A DNA stretch of 64,000 bases from Acidobacteriota bacterium (lineage in GTDB: Bacteria; Acidobacteriota; Vicinamibacteria; Fen-336). Of this stretch, positions 1 to 10,133 are shown piece after piece. The notes beneath the pieces were generated by a model. The model was not told the DNA's origin. It made no database searches and saw nothing but the letters and a program-made list of their open reading frames with translations. Where the stretch lies: positions 4,596-68,595 of the forward strand of contig QHVM01000086.1 of NCBI GenBank assembly GCA_003223555.1, in the 5' to 3' direction. The translations under genes and the position numbers were made by a program. Every line of letters begins with the position of its first letter. Within the stretch, counting starts at the first letter, position 1.

Positions 1-871
1 TGGCCTCGAGCGCAGGCAGGCCGAAGCCCTCGTACTCGGAGAGCTGCACGGCCACGTCGGCCGCGGCGTAGCGCTCGACGAGAGCGGCCTCGCTCACGAA
101 GCCCGAGAGGCGGACGTTCCGCTCCAGGCCGAGGCCGGCCACGAAAGCGGGCAGGTCGAGGGGCGGGTGGGTGCGGTCCTCGCCGACGACGTCCAGCACC
201 AGGTCCGGCCACTTGCGGACCAGACGTGCGGCGGCGCGAAGCAGGTCGGGCAGACAGCGCCGGTTGAAGATCGCCCCCACGGCCAGCAGCAGCGGGCCAC
301 TCACGCCCAGCCGCGCGCGGGCGTCGTCCCGGGAAGGTGGCCGGGGAAGGTCGTCGTCGGCCGCGAGGGGAATGCGGACGATCTTCGGCTCCGCCTCGGG
401 GAACCGGGCCAGGATCTCCCGCCGCGTGAAGTCCGAGACCACGAGCACCGAGCGCGCCGCCCCGATGCTGGCCGCGACGAGGAGCCGCCGGCGCAGGCCG
501 TCCGGCAGCGTGAAGTCGCGGGGCAGCGCGAAGAACGACAGGTCATGGACGGTCGTGACCCGGGGAAGGCGGAGCCGCAGCGGGCAGACGTAGGCGGGGG
601 CGAAGAACACGTCGAGCCGATCCTGCCGCGCCGCCGGCGGCAGGAGGGACTCCTGCCACCGCAGGCCGCGCGCGCGCCCCGAGCCCACCGGCCGCTTGAC
701 GACGGCCGGATGGTCCAGGACCGGGTCCTCCGGCGCCGGTCCGTTGAAGTAGGCGAAGAAGCGGTCGCCCGGCGCGATGCTCCCCGTCCAGGATCGGAGC
801 AGGCTCCGCAGGTACCGGCCGATGCCGGTCGTCAGCCCCTGCAGCTCACGCGCGTCGATGCCGACGTTCAC
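1..871 (-). CDS. glycosyltransferase family 1 (partial; C-terminus runs off the window)
   Basis: Not in the supplied ORF track (GTG start at 869-871, no stop inside the window). My minus-strand translation reads VNVGIDARELQGLTTGIGRYLRSLLRSWTG ... DVAVQLSEYEGFGLPALEA, which carries the GT-B/GT1 EGFGLPxLEA motif. It starts 22 nt after the stop of the upstream GT gene. Confidence 0.75.
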   Translation of the reverse strand, partial: MNVGIDARELQGLTTGIGRYLRSLLRSWTGSIAPGDRFFAYFNGPAPEDPVLDHPAVVKRPVGSGRARGLRWQESLLPPAARQDRLDVFFAPAYVCPLRLRLPRVTTVHDLSFFALPRDFTLPDGLRRRLLVAASIGAARSVLVVSDFTRREILARFPEAEPKIVRIPLAADDDLPRPPSRDDARARLGVSGPLLLAVGAIFNRRCLPDLLRAAARLVRKWPDLVLDVVGEDRTHPPLDLPAFVAGLGLERNVRLSGFVSEAALVERYAAADVAVQLSEYEGFGLPALEA

Positions 872-892
872 GAACGAGCGGGGCGGCTCCGG

Positions 893-2008
893 TCAGGGCC
901 CGAGGACACGCCGGTAGAACTCCAGCGTCCGGGCCGCGGTCGTGTCCCAGTCGAACTGGCGGCTCTGCTCGAGCCCCCGGCGCCGCTGGGCGTCGGCCAG
1001 GGCCGGATCGTCGAGCACCCGCTCCATGCCGTCGGCGATGGACCTGGTGTCGAGAGGGTTGACGAGGGTCGCCGCGCCGCCCGCCACCTCCTCGAGCGCC
1101 GAGCCGCGCGAGCAGACGACCGGAAGCCCCGCCGCCATCGCTTCCGCGACGGGTAGGCCGAAGCCCTCCTCGAGCGAGGGCAGCACGAGCAGGGCCGAAG
1201 CGGCCATGAGGGCCCGCATCTCGCTCGTCTCCAGGTACCCCACCGCCCGGATCTGGGGACCGACGTCGGTTCCGCCCTGCGCCCACCAGGACCCGGGGCC
1301 GACGAGCACGAGCGGCGGCGTGCGCTTGCGCCGCCGGGCCAGCCCCATGTAGGCCATGGCGAGGTTGACGAGGTTCTTGCGCTTGTCCTCCGTGCCCACG
1401 TAGAGGATCGCGCCCTTCGGCAGCCGCCGCCGCGCGAGCACCACGTCGACGGCCTCGGGGGCGATCGGGGAGCGGTAGGCGGGGTCGACGCCGTTGGGGA
1501 TGACGGCGATCTTCGCCGGGGGGACGTCGAGGAGCAGGCGCGCCTCCGAGGCGGTGTGCTCCGAGACGCAGATGACGCCGTCGGCGCGCCGGACGTGCTT
1601 GGCCACGAGCGGCGCGTAGTCCCGCCGGATCTCCGCCTCCGTCATCTCCGGGTGCTTCAGGAAGAAGAGGTCGTGCAGGGTGACGATGTGCTTCGCCTTG
1701 CGCGCGGGGACCAGCAGCGGGTGGGGCGAGTGCACCAGGTCCAGGGAAGCCCGGGCCAGCATGTCGAGCGACGGCCATCCCAGCCGGTTCCATGCGAAGT
1801 TGAGCGCCCGCACGGGCAGCCGGCGGTCGACCAGGGTGACGTTGGACGGCCAGGCACGGACCGGGTAACGGTCGCGGAGCGAAGCGGAGAAGTAATAGAA
1901 ATGATGGTCGGGGGCCGACGAGGGCAGCCGCTGGACGAGACCCAGCACGTACGTGCCCACGCCGGTCGGCCGCGCGAGAGAGGGTCGCACGTCGAACCCG
2001 ATGTTCAT
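893..2008 (-). CDS. glycosyltransferase family 1 (GT4-like)
   Basis: 371-aa ORF. The N-terminus MNIGFDVRPSLARPTGVGTYV and the C-terminal LVLPSLEEGFGLPVAEAMAAGLPVV motif are typical of GT1/GT4. Confidence 0.85.
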   Translation of the reverse strand: MNIGFDVRPSLARPTGVGTYVLGLVQRLPSSAPDHHFYYFSASLRDRYPVRAWPSNVTLVDRRLPVRALNFAWNRLGWPSLDMLARASLDLVHSPHPLLVPARKAKHIVTLHDLFFLKHPEMTEAEIRRDYAPLVAKHVRRADGVICVSEHTASEARLLLDVPPAKIAVIPNGVDPAYRSPIAPEAVDVVLARRRLPKGAILYVGTEDKRKNLVNLAMAYMGLARRRKRTPPLVLVGPGSWWAQGGTDVGPQIRAVGYLETSEMRALMAASALLVLPSLEEGFGLPVAEAMAAGLPVVCSRGSALEEVAGGAATLVNPLDTRSIADGMERVLDDPALADAQRRRGLEQSRQFDWDTTAARTLEFYRRVLGP

Positions 2009-2072
2009 CAGAAACGCGGAATGATACCAAGGCTCGCCCCCGCGGGCGGCCTCATGCTAGGCTCCGCTCGCT

Positions 2073-3371
2073 TTGAGGATCGCGGTGGTGGGGACGGGCT
2101 ACGTCGGGCTGGTGGTGGGCACGTGCCTGGCCGAGAACGGCAACACCGTCGTGTGCGTCGACAACGACGAGGGCAAGATCGCCGCCCTGCGGCGCGGCGA
2201 GATGCCCATCTACGAGCCGGGGCTCGACGAGATGATCCCCCGCAACGTCGCCGAGGAGCGCCTCTCCTTCTCGACGGACCTCGCCGCCGCCGTCCGCGCG
2301 AGCGAGATCGTGTTCATCGCCGTCGGCACGCCCCAGGGCGAGGACGGCTCGGCCGACATGACCCACGTCCTGGCGGTGGCCGAGGGCGTCGGCCGGGCGA
2401 TGAACGGCTACAAGGTCCTGGTCAACAAGTCGACCGTGCCGGTGGGGACCGCCCGCCGGGTGCGGGAGGTGGTATCCCGCCTCACCTCCCATCCCTTCTC
2501 GATCGTCTCCAACCCGGAGTTCCTCAAGGAAGGGGTGGCCATCGACGATTTCCTGAAGCCGGACCGGGTGGTCGTGGGCACCGACGACCCGCGGGCGGAG
2601 GCGGTCATGCGGGAGCTGTACGCCCCCTTCGTGCGCACCGGCAATCCCATCCTCGTGATGGACCTCGCCTCCGCCGAGCTCACCAAGTACGCGGCCAATG
2701 CCATGCTGGCCAGCCGGATCTCCTTCATGAACGAGATCGCGAGCCTCTGCGACCGCGTGGGCGCCGATGTGGGCGAGGTGCGCAAGGGGATCGGCACCGA
2801 CTCGCGCATCGGCTCGTCGTTCCTCTTCCCCGGCATCGGCTACGGCGGCTCCTGCTTCCCCAAGGACGTGAAGGCCCTGCGCCTCATGGGCCGGGAAGCC
2901 GGGCTGCCCCTGCACGTGGTGACGGCGGTGGACCTCGTCAACGACGCGCAGCGGGTGGTGCTGGTGCCGAGGATCGAGGCCCACCTGGGCGGCCTGCCGG
3001 GCAAGGTGATCGCGGTGTGGGGGCTGGCCTTCAAGCCCCGCACCGACGACCTGCGCGAGGCGCCCGCGCTGGCCGTCATCGAGGCCCTCCTCGCCCGGGG
3101 CGCCGCCGTGCGCGCCTACGACCCCAAGGCCGTCCCCGCCGCCCGCCGGCTGCTCGGCGACCGGGTGACCTTCTGCCACCGCAGCTACGAGGCGGTGGAA
3201 GGGGCCGACGCGCTGGTGCTGGCCACGGAGTGGAACGAGTTCCGCGAGCCGGACTTCGAGCGCGTCCGGGCCCTCATGCGGCGCCCGGCCATCTTCGACG
3301 GCCGCAACATCTACAACCCGCGCCACCTGCGGGAGCTGGGCTTCCACTACGAGGGGGTCGGGCGGCGGTGA
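2073..3371 (+). CDS. ugd: UDP-glucose 6-dehydrogenase
   Basis: 432 aa with a TTG start. Rossmann motif [13 protein letters not shown], catalytic GGSCFPKD, and full-length similarity to the UDP-glucose/GDP-mannose dehydrogenase family. Confidence 0.9.
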   Translation: MRIAVVGTGYVGLVVGTCLAENGNTVVCVDNDEGKIAALRRGEMPIYEPGLDEMIPRNVAEERLSFSTDLAAAVRASEIVFIAVGTPQGEDGSADMTHVLAVAEGVGRAMNGYKVLVNKSTVPVGTARRVREVVSRLTSHPFSIVSNPEFLKEGVAIDDFLKPDRVVVGTDDPRAEAVMRELYAPFVRTGNPILVMDLASAELTKYAANAMLASRISFMNEIASLCDRVGADVGEVRKGIGTDSRIGSSFLFPGIGYGGSCFPKDVKALRLMGREAGLPLHVVTAVDLVNDAQRVVLVPRIEAHLGGLPGKVIAVWGLAFKPRTDDLREAPALAVIEALLARGAAVRAYDPKAVPAARRLLGDRVTFCHRSYEAVEGADALVLATEWNEFREPDFERVRALMRRPAIFDGRNIYNPRHLRELGFHYEGVGRR

Positions 3372-4369
3372 AGGTCCTGGTGACCGGGGGTGCCGGCTAC
3401 ATCGGCAGCCACGCGGTCCGCGAGCTGAGGGACGCCGGTCACGAGGTTTCGGTCCTCGACGACCTGTCCCAGGGACATCGCAAGGCGTTGCCGCCGGAGG
3501 TGCCGCTGGTGCGGGGCGACCTGGGCGATGCGGCGAGCCTGGCCCGCGCCATGGCGGGCGTGGACGCGGTCATGCACTTCGCCGGCCTGCTGAGCGTTGC
3601 CGACTCGATGGCCGACCCCGCATCGTACTACCGGACCAACGTCGTCAAGGGACTCGCCCTGCTCGAAGCCATGAGCGCGACCAGCGTGCGCGACATCGTG
3701 TTCAGCTCCACCTGCGCCGTCTACGGCATGCCGGTGCGGGTGCCGATGGACGAGGACCACCCGCGGGAGCCCATCAACCCCTACGGGGCGACCAAGCTCG
3801 CCTTCGAGCGCGCGCTGGCCGACCACGGCCGCGCCGGCTCCCTGCGGGCGGTGGCCCTGCGCTACTTCAACGCGGCCGGCTGCCATCCGGACGGCAGCCT
3901 GGGCGAGGACCACCGGCCGGAGGTGCACATCGTCCCGCGGGCCGTCGACGCCGCGCTGGGCCTGGCCGAGGGCCTCACCATCCACGGCGAGGACTACGAC
4001 ACGCCGGACGGAACCTGCATCCGCGACTACATCCACGTCCAGGACCTCGCCCGTGCCCACGTGCTCGCGCTGGAATTCCTGCGCGGGCGAACCGCCGAGG
4101 GCGCGGCCTTCCAGGCGTTCAACCTCGGCACCGGCCGGGGCCGATCGGTGCGGGAGGTGATCCAGGCCGTGGAGCGCGTGGCGCGGCGGGCGGTCCCGGT
4201 CCGGGTGGGCCCGCGGCGGCCGGGCGACCCGCCGCGCCTGGTCGCCGCCGTCGAGCGCGGGCGCCGCGGGCTCGGCTTCGAGGCGCGGCAGGTCGAGCTG
4301 GACCCGATGGTGGAGAGCGCGGTGCGCTGGCGGCGGGACCACCCGCAGGGCTACGGACCGGCTTCGTGA
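3368..4369 (+). CDS. galE: UDP-glucose 4-epimerase
   Basis: This is the last 334 codons of track ORF 1556..4369. The GTG start overlaps the ugd stop (GTGA). Motifs [15 protein letters not shown] and YGATKLAFE (YxxxK) indicate the extended-SDR epimerase family. Confidence 0.85.
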   Translation: MKVLVTGGAGYIGSHAVRELRDAGHEVSVLDDLSQGHRKALPPEVPLVRGDLGDAASLARAMAGVDAVMHFAGLLSVADSMADPASYYRTNVVKGLALLEAMSATSVRDIVFSSTCAVYGMPVRVPMDEDHPREPINPYGATKLAFERALADHGRAGSLRAVALRYFNAAGCHPDGSLGEDHRPEVHIVPRAVDAALGLAEGLTIHGEDYDTPDGTCIRDYIHVQDLARAHVLALEFLRGRTAEGAAFQAFNLGTGRGRSVREVIQAVERVARRAVPVRVGPRRPGDPPRLVAAVERGRRGLGFEARQVELDPMVESAVRWRRDHPQGYGPAS

Positions 4370-5079
4370 GCCGCGGCCGCGCGACGCCGCTCGCCGACCC
4401 GCTGCTCAGCGTCGTGATGCCGGTCTACAACGAGGCCGGCACCGTGCGCGAGATCGTCGAGCGCGTGCTTTCGGTGCCGCTGCGCATCGAGCTGATCGCC
4501 GTCGACGATGCGTCGACCGACGGCAGCCGCGACGCGCTCGAGGAGCTCTCCCGGCGCCGGGGCTTCAAGCTGCTCGTGCAGGACCGGAACCGGGGCAAGG
4601 GGGCGGCGGTCCGGCGGGGCATCGCCCAGGCGGGCGGGGACGTGATCCTGGTCCAGGACGCCGACCTCGAGTACAGTCCGGAGGAGTACCCGGAGCTGCT
4701 GGACCTCATCGTCAAGGGCAAGGCCGATGCCGTGTTCGGCAGCCGTTTCATCGGCCGGCACCGCTGCTTCCTCTTCACCCACTACCTGGCCAACCTGTTC
4801 CTGAACCTCGTCACCAACGTGCTCTACAACACGACGATGACGGACATGGAGACCTGCTTCAAGGCGGTGCGGGCCGACGTGTTGAAGGCGCTGCCCCTGC
4901 GCAGCGACCGGTTCGGCATCGAGCCGGAGATCACGGCCAAGCTCTTCAAGCGGGGGGCGCGCGTGTACGAGGTGCCGATAACGTACGAGGGACGTGATTA
5001 CTCCGAAGGCAAGAAGATCACCTGGCGCGACGGCTTCCCTGCCCTGTGGACGCTGATCAAGTACCGGTTCGTGGACTAG
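4366..5079 (+). CDS. glycosyltransferase family 2 (polyprenol-phosphate glycosyltransferase-like)
   Basis: 237 aa. Motifs [24 protein letters not shown] and VQDADLEY (DxD) are present. The GTG start overlaps the galE stop. Confidence 0.85.
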   Translation: MSRGRATPLADPLLSVVMPVYNEAGTVREIVERVLSVPLRIELIAVDDASTDGSRDALEELSRRRGFKLLVQDRNRGKGAAVRRGIAQAGGDVILVQDADLEYSPEEYPELLDLIVKGKADAVFGSRFIGRHRCFLFTHYLANLFLNLVTNVLYNTTMTDMETCFKAVRADVLKALPLRSDRFGIEPEITAKLFKRGARVYEVPITYEGRDYSEGKKITWRDGFPALWTLIKYRFVD

Positions 5080-5484
5080 CGGAGCGGGGAGGGGGGCCGC
5101 CGCGCCGCCACCGCCCCCCACCGCATCTTCCTCATGGCTTCGGCTCCTTCAAGAAACGTCGCCAGGATCAGACGATCAGCGGCGGAGAGCGGCGGAGGCC
5201 GCTGTGACGCTTCCCGCGCTGTCTCGTCGGCGCCGCCCGGGCGGGTTGTCGAGGGAAGGCTATCCGCCTTATACTTGCCGATCCGCTCGGCGTGCTAACA
5301 TGCGCCACGGCAAGGAGATGACCCCATAGCCGTCCCCGCCACCCCGCCCGTCGCGACGCCGAGGGCCATCGTCGCGAGGCGGCGGCCGTCGAGTTGGCGC
5401 GGACGCCTCGCTTCGCTGTGGGCCGACGCCCGCGTCGAGGCGCGGCAGTTCCGGCGCCTCTTCGGCTACAGCCGTCCCTACCGC

Positions 5485-7176
5485 GTGCTGCTCGTCGCCT
5501 CCTGGCTGGCGACCGCCGGCTATGCCGCCGCCGGGGCCGGCATCGTCCACATGGTGCAGCCGATCTTCGACGACGTGCTCATCCGCAGCGTCAACGTGAA
5601 GGCCGTCGCCCTCACGATGCTGGGACTCTACGCGGTCAAGGGCCTGTGCTCGTTCCTGTCCACGACGATGGTCGCCGCCGCGGGCCAGCGGGCGGTCACC
5701 GACCTGCGCAACGACCTCTACCGGCACGTCCTGAACCAGTCGTTCACCTTCCTGAGCCGCCACAGCACCGGCTCGCTGATGAGCCACGTGACGACCGACG
5801 TCGAGAAGATCCAGAACGCCGTCTCGGAGATGGCGGGCGACGTGCTGAAGGAAGGGCTCACGGTGGTCGGCCTGGTGATCGTGCTGTTCGTCAAGGACTG
5901 GAAGCTGGCCCTGCTGTCCCTGGTCGGGATGCCGCTCGCCTTCTACCCGCTGGTGCGCCTCGGCCGGCACCTCCGGGCCTCCAGCGAGACCTCGCTGCGG
6001 CGCTGGCGCGACATCTCGGAGATCCTCCAGGAGACGATCTCCGGCTTCCGCGTGGTGAAGGCCTTCGCGATGGAAGGCTTCGAGATCGGCCGCTTCCGGA
6101 AGGCGGCCTGGCGGCTCTTCACCGTCAACATGAAGATCACCCGCACGACCGCCATCCTGCCGCCCCTGATGGAAGGCGTGGGCGGCCTGGCGATCATCGC
6201 CGCGCTGTTCTACGGCAGCCACGCGATCAAGGCCGGCCACCTCACGACGGGCGCCTTCACGTCCTTCGTGGCCGCCCTGTTCGCGATGTACACGCCCATC
6301 AAGCGGCTGTCGCGGGTCAACGCGACGCTGCAGGGCGCGCTGGCCGCGGGGTCGCGCATCTTCGAGGTGCTCGACACCCACCTCGAGGTGCAGGAGTCGC
6401 CCGGAGCGGTGGAGCTGCCGCGCATGGGCCGGGAGATCGAGTACCAGGAGGTCGGCTTCCGCTACGCCGACGGCGACGGGCCGGTGCTGCGCCGGGTGAA
6501 CTTCAGCGCCCGGTCGGGGGAGATCGTGGCCATCGTGGGCACGAGCGGGGCGGGCAAGACCACCCTGATGAACCTCCTCCCGCGCTTCTACGACGTCACC
6601 GAGGGGGCGATCCTCGTCGACGGCGTGGACGTGCGGCGGGCGAGCCTCAAGAGCCTCCGCGAGCAGATCGGCCTCGTCACCCAGGAGACGGTGCTCTTCA
6701 ACGACACCGTGCGCGCCAACATCGCCTACGGGCTGGAGGACGTGGACGAGACGCGGATCGAGTCGGCGGCCCGGGCCGCCTTCGCCCACGACTTCATCCT
6801 CGACCTGCCCCGCCGCTACGACACCATCATCGGCGAGCGGGGCAGCCGGCTCTCGGGCGGCCAACGCCAGCGCATCGCCATCGCCCGGGCCATCCTGAAG
6901 GACCCGCCCATCCTGATCCTCGACGAGGCCACCTCGGCCCTCGACGCCGAGTCGGAGCGCCTCGTGCAACAGGCTCTCTCGAACCTCATGGAGGGGCGCA
7001 CCACGCTCGTCATCGCCCACCGCCTGGCCACCGTCCGCAACGCGGACCGGATCGTCGTCCTCGATGGAGGCGAGATCAGGGAGATCGGCACCCACGAGGA
7101 GCTGCTCCGCCGCGGGGGCGGCCTCTACAGCCGCCTCCACGAGCTGCAGTTCAGGCCGGAGGACCCCGCGCTGTGA
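5485..7176 (+). CDS. ABC transporter, fused permease/ATPase (MsbA-like lipid/polysaccharide exporter)
   Basis: Six-TM ABC exporter domain followed by Walker A GTSGAGKTT, signature LSGGQRQR and Walker B ILILDEATSALD. N-terminal homology (FRRLFGYSRPYR) continues upstream of the GTG at 5485, so the true start is unresolved (see finding). Confidence 0.85.
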   Translation: MLLVASWLATAGYAAAGAGIVHMVQPIFDDVLIRSVNVKAVALTMLGLYAVKGLCSFLSTTMVAAAGQRAVTDLRNDLYRHVLNQSFTFLSRHSTGSLMSHVTTDVEKIQNAVSEMAGDVLKEGLTVVGLVIVLFVKDWKLALLSLVGMPLAFYPLVRLGRHLRASSETSLRRWRDISEILQETISGFRVVKAFAMEGFEIGRFRKAAWRLFTVNMKITRTTAILPPLMEGVGGLAIIAALFYGSHAIKAGHLTTGAFTSFVAALFAMYTPIKRLSRVNATLQGALAAGSRIFEVLDTHLEVQESPGAVELPRMGREIEYQEVGFRYADGDGPVLRRVNFSARSGEIVAIVGTSGAGKTTLMNLLPRFYDVTEGAILVDGVDVRRASLKSLREQIGLVTQETVLFNDTVRANIAYGLEDVDETRIESAARAAFAHDFILDLPRRYDTIIGERGSRLSGGQRQRIAIARAILKDPPILILDEATSALDAESERLVQQALSNLMEGRTTLVIAHRLATVRNADRIVVLDGGEIREIGTHEELLRRGGGLYSRLHELQFRPEDPAL

Positions 7177-7213
7177 GCGGCACGCGGCGGCCGGTTGGTT
7201 TGGGCTCGAATCG

Positions 7214-8095
7214 ATGATTCGGTCCATGACGGGGTACGGAAGCGCGTCGGCCGACGCCGAGACCGGCCGCGTGTCGGTGAGCGTGCGGGCGCTCAACCAC
7301 CGCTTCCTCGACCTCGCCGTGCGTCTGCCCCGGCGGCTCGAGGGCCTCGAGCCCGAGGTGCGCCGCCTCGTCCAGTCGCGCATCCAGCGCGGGCGGGTCG
7401 AGCTGTCGGTGCAAGCGGCCCTGCGCGGGGAGGAAGGCTCGGCGGTCGTCGTGTCGGCGCCGGTCGTCTCCGGCGTGGTCAGCGCGCTACGGCAGATCCA
7501 GGCCCAGTACGAGCTGGCCGGCAAGCTGCGTCTCTCCGACGTCGCCCGTTTCCCCGGCGCCCTCGAGCTGGTGGAGACCGACGGGGCCCTGGACGACGAC
7601 CACCGCCGCGACCTCGTGGGGCTCGTCGAATCGGCGCTGGAGGCGCTCGACCAGATGCGGCGGGCGGAAGGCGAGAACCTGGAGCGGGACCTGCTGCAGG
7701 CGCTGGCCGGCGTCGAGAGCTGTGCGTCACGGCTGGAGGCGGGATCCCAGGCCGAGCGGGACGCGCGGCGGGACGCGCTCGTCGAGAAGGCGCGCACGCT
7801 TCGGGACGAGCTGGGCCTGGAGGACGGGCGCCTCTACCAGGAGGTCGTGCGGCTGGTGGACCGGCAGGACGTGGCCGAGGAGCTGCAGCGGCTGCGGAGC
7901 CACGTCGCGCAGGCCCGCGACGTCCTGCGGGGCGGAGGTCCCTGCGGCAAGCGGCTCGACTTCCTGGCCCAGGAGCTGGCCCGCGAGGCGAACACCATCG
8001 GCAGCAAGTCCGCCTCGGCGACGCTGGCCCGGGAAGTCGTCGATCTCAAGGGCCAGATCGAGCGGCTGCGCGAGCAGGTGCAGAACGTTGAGTAG
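7214..8095 (+). CDS. yicC: YicC-family stress-induced protein
   Basis: N-terminus MIRSMTGYGSA and C-terminus LAQELAREANTIGSKS are hallmarks of YicC/TIGR00255. It sits in the conserved yicC-gmk-rpoZ order. Confidence 0.85.
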   Translation: MIRSMTGYGSASADAETGRVSVSVRALNHRFLDLAVRLPRRLEGLEPEVRRLVQSRIQRGRVELSVQAALRGEEGSAVVVSAPVVSGVVSALRQIQAQYELAGKLRLSDVARFPGALELVETDGALDDDHRRDLVGLVESALEALDQMRRAEGENLERDLLQALAGVESCASRLEAGSQAERDARRDALVEKARTLRDELGLEDGRLYQEVVRLVDRQDVAEELQRLRSHVAQARDVLRGGGPCGKRLDFLAQELAREANTIGSKSASATLAREVVDLKGQIERLREQVQNVE

Positions 8096-8726
8096 TCACG
8101 CGCCCATCGTGATCGTCGTGTCGGGCCCCTCGGGGGCCGGGAAGTCCACGATCCTTCAGCGGGCGCTGGCCGAAGTGCGCCGCCTGCGCTTCTCGGTCTC
8201 CCACACGACGCGGCCGCCGCGTTCCGGGGAGCGCGAGGGGATCGACTACCACTTCGTGTCGCGGAGCGAATTCCAGCGCCTCGTGGACGACAGGATGTTC
8301 CTGGAATGGGCGTCGGTCCACGACGACTGCTACGGCACCGCCCGCTCCGAGTACGACCGCGCGGCGGGGGACGGGGTGGACCTGCTGCTGGACCTCGACG
8401 TGCAGGGCGCCCGGTCCGTGCGCCAGCAGTTCCCCGACGCGGTCTCCGTGTTCGTCCTGCCTCCCTCCTACGAGCACCTCGAGCGCCGGCTGCGCAGCCG
8501 GGGCCCGGCCGACGAATCGGTCTATGCCAGGCGGCTGCGGGTGGCGGCGGAGGAGCTGCGGGTGTTTCCCCAGTACGACTATGCCATCATCAATGATGAC
8601 CTCGACGAGAGCGTCGACAGCCTGAAGGCCATCATCCGGGCCGCCCGGTGCCGCACCAGCCGGGTCGAGCCGGCGGCCCGCAAGATCCTGAGCACGTTCG
8701 ACCCCGACGAAAAGGAGAGCCGATGA
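8088..8726 (+). CDS. gmk: guanylate kinase
   Basis: P-loop VSGPSGAGKST and SVSHTTRPPRSGEREGIDYHF. A TTG start is proposed at 8088, overlapping the yicC stop; the start is +/- a few codons. Confidence 0.9.
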   Translation: MSSHAPIVIVVSGPSGAGKSTILQRALAEVRRLRFSVSHTTRPPRSGEREGIDYHFVSRSEFQRLVDDRMFLEWASVHDDCYGTARSEYDRAAGDGVDLLLDLDVQGARSVRQQFPDAVSVFVLPPSYEHLERRLRSRGPADESVYARRLRVAAEELRVFPQYDYAIINDDLDESVDSLKAIIRAARCRTSRVEPAARKILSTFDPDEKESR

Positions 8727-8941
8727 CGCACTTGATCCTACCGAAGGACGTGGACAGCAAGTTCCGCTTCATCACCGTGGCCGCCCAGCGGGCGAAGCAG
8801 CTCCAGAACGGGGCCAAGCCGCGGGTCGAGGCCCGCAGCCGCAAGCCCACGCGCGTCGCCATGCAGGAGGTGCTGGCGGGCGCGGTGTCGTGGGAGGTCA
8901 AGGACGAGAAGGCGCCGGCGGAGGTCGCGGAGGCGAGTTAG
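8723..8941 (+). CDS. rpoZ: DNA-directed RNA polymerase subunit omega
   Basis: 72 aa starting at an ATG preceded by AAAGGAGAG. The FRFITVAAQRAKQLQNGAKP motif and the position after gmk support the call. Confidence 0.8.
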   Translation: MTHLILPKDVDSKFRFITVAAQRAKQLQNGAKPRVEARSRKPTRVAMQEVLAGAVSWEVKDEKAPAEVAEAS

Positions 8942-8945
8942 CACC

Positions 8946-10133
8946 TTGCCGACCGTGGTCCTGGGCGTCACGGGCTGCATCGGGGCCTACAAGGCCTGCG
9001 AGGTCCTGCGCGAGCTGCAGAGGCGGGACGTGGACGTCCACGTGGTCATGACCGAGCACGCCACGCGGTTCGTGGGCGCGATGACCTTCGAGGCGCTGTC
9101 GCGCCATCCCGTGTTCATCGACCAGTTCGCGCTCGGCGCGGAGAGCGAGATCCGGCACGTGAGCCTGGCCGACGCGGCCGACCTGCTGCTGGTGGCGCCC
9201 GCGACGGCCAACGTCCTGGGCAAGTTCGCCCGCGGCATCGCCGACGACGCGCTGACCACGCTGTTCCTGGGCACCACCGCGCCGGTGCTGGTGGCCCCGG
9301 CCATGAACGTCAACATGTTCCGCCACCCGGTGGTGGTCGAGAACCTGGAGATGCTGCGCTCGCGCGGCGTCGGCGTGGTCGAGCCGGGCACCGGCTACCT
9401 CGCGTGCGGATGGCTCGGCGAGGGACGGCTGGCCGAGGTGCCGGACATCGTGGACGCGGCCATGGCCGCGCTGTCCCGCCGCCGGAGCCTCGCGGGGGAG
9501 ACGGTGGTCGTCACCGCGGGCCCGACGGTCGAGGACATCGACCCGGTCCGCTTCATCTCGAACCGCTCCTCCGGGCGGATGGGCTACCGGCTGGCCGAGG
9601 TCGCCCGCGACCGGGGGGCGACAGTCGTGCTCGTCACCGGCCCCACCGTTCTGCCCGCGCCGCGCGGGATGGAGGTCGTGGCCGTCCGTTCGGCCGAGGA
9701 GATGGCGCGGGCAGTAGCCGAGAAGGCGCCGGGGGCCGGGATCGTCGCCATGGCGGCGGCGGTGTCGGACTACCGCCCGGCCGCCGTGGCGCCGGGCAAG
9801 ATCAAGAAGCAGGACGGCGCCCAGAAGCTGGACCTCGTCCGCACCACGGACATACTCGAATCGCTCGGCGAGGCGAAGGGGACGCGCTTCCTCATCGGCT
9901 TCGCCGCCGAGACGGACGACCTCGTCGAGAACGCGCGCAAGAAGCGGATGGCGAAGCGGGTCGACCTGATGGTGGCCAACGACGTGAGCCGGAACGGAGC
10001 CGGCTTCGCGTCCGAGAAGAACGCGGCCGTGCTTATCGACGCGAAGGGCCAGACCGATCTGCCCCTCATGAGCAAGCGCGAGCTGGCCGAGCGGATCTGG
10101 GACCGGGTCGCCGAGCTGCGCGCGCGCGCGTGA
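8946..10133 (+). CDS. coaBC: bifunctional phosphopantothenoylcysteine decarboxylase / phosphopantothenate-cysteine ligase
   Basis: 395 aa. N-terminal flavoprotein domain (LGVTGCIGAYKA, PAMNVNM) and C-terminal DFP domain (ITAGPT..ISNRSSGRMG, AAAVSDYRP). Confidence 0.9.
   Translation: MPTVVLGVTGCIGAYKACEVLRELQRRDVDVHVVMTEHATRFVGAMTFEALSRHPVFIDQFALGAESEIRHVSLADAADLLLVAPATANVLGKFARGIADDALTTLFLGTTAPVLVAPAMNVNMFRHPVVVENLEMLRSRGVGVVEPGTGYLACGWLGEGRLAEVPDIVDAAMAALSRRRSLAGETVVVTAGPTVEDIDPVRFISNRSSGRMGYRLAEVARDRGATVVLVTGPTVLPAPRGMEVVAVRSAEEMARAVAEKAPGAGIVAMAAAVSDYRPAAVAPGKIKKQDGAQKLDLVRTTDILESLGEAKGTRFLIGFAAETDDLVENARKKRMAKRVDLMVANDVSRNGAGFASEKNAAVLIDAKGQTDLPLMSKRELAERIWDRVAELRARA

Noticed and set aside
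167-1156. 329-aa plus-strand ORF at the window start
   Set aside because: It is antisense to two glycosyltransferase genes whose minus-strand translations carry GT1 motifs.
1556-4369. 937-aa plus-strand ORF
   Set aside because: Only the last 334 codons (from the GTG at 3368) are GalE. The upstream part is antisense to the GT1 gene or out of frame with ugd, and has no motifs.
5083-5125. GCGGAGCGGGGAGGGGGGCCGCCGCGCCGCCACCGCCCCCC after the GT2 stop, as a ninth repeat copy or an intrinsic terminator
   Set aside because: It shares only the GCGGAGCGGG start and a G6...C6 stem with the family. It lacks hairpin 1 and the conserved linker, and has no T-tract. It is too weak to call either way.
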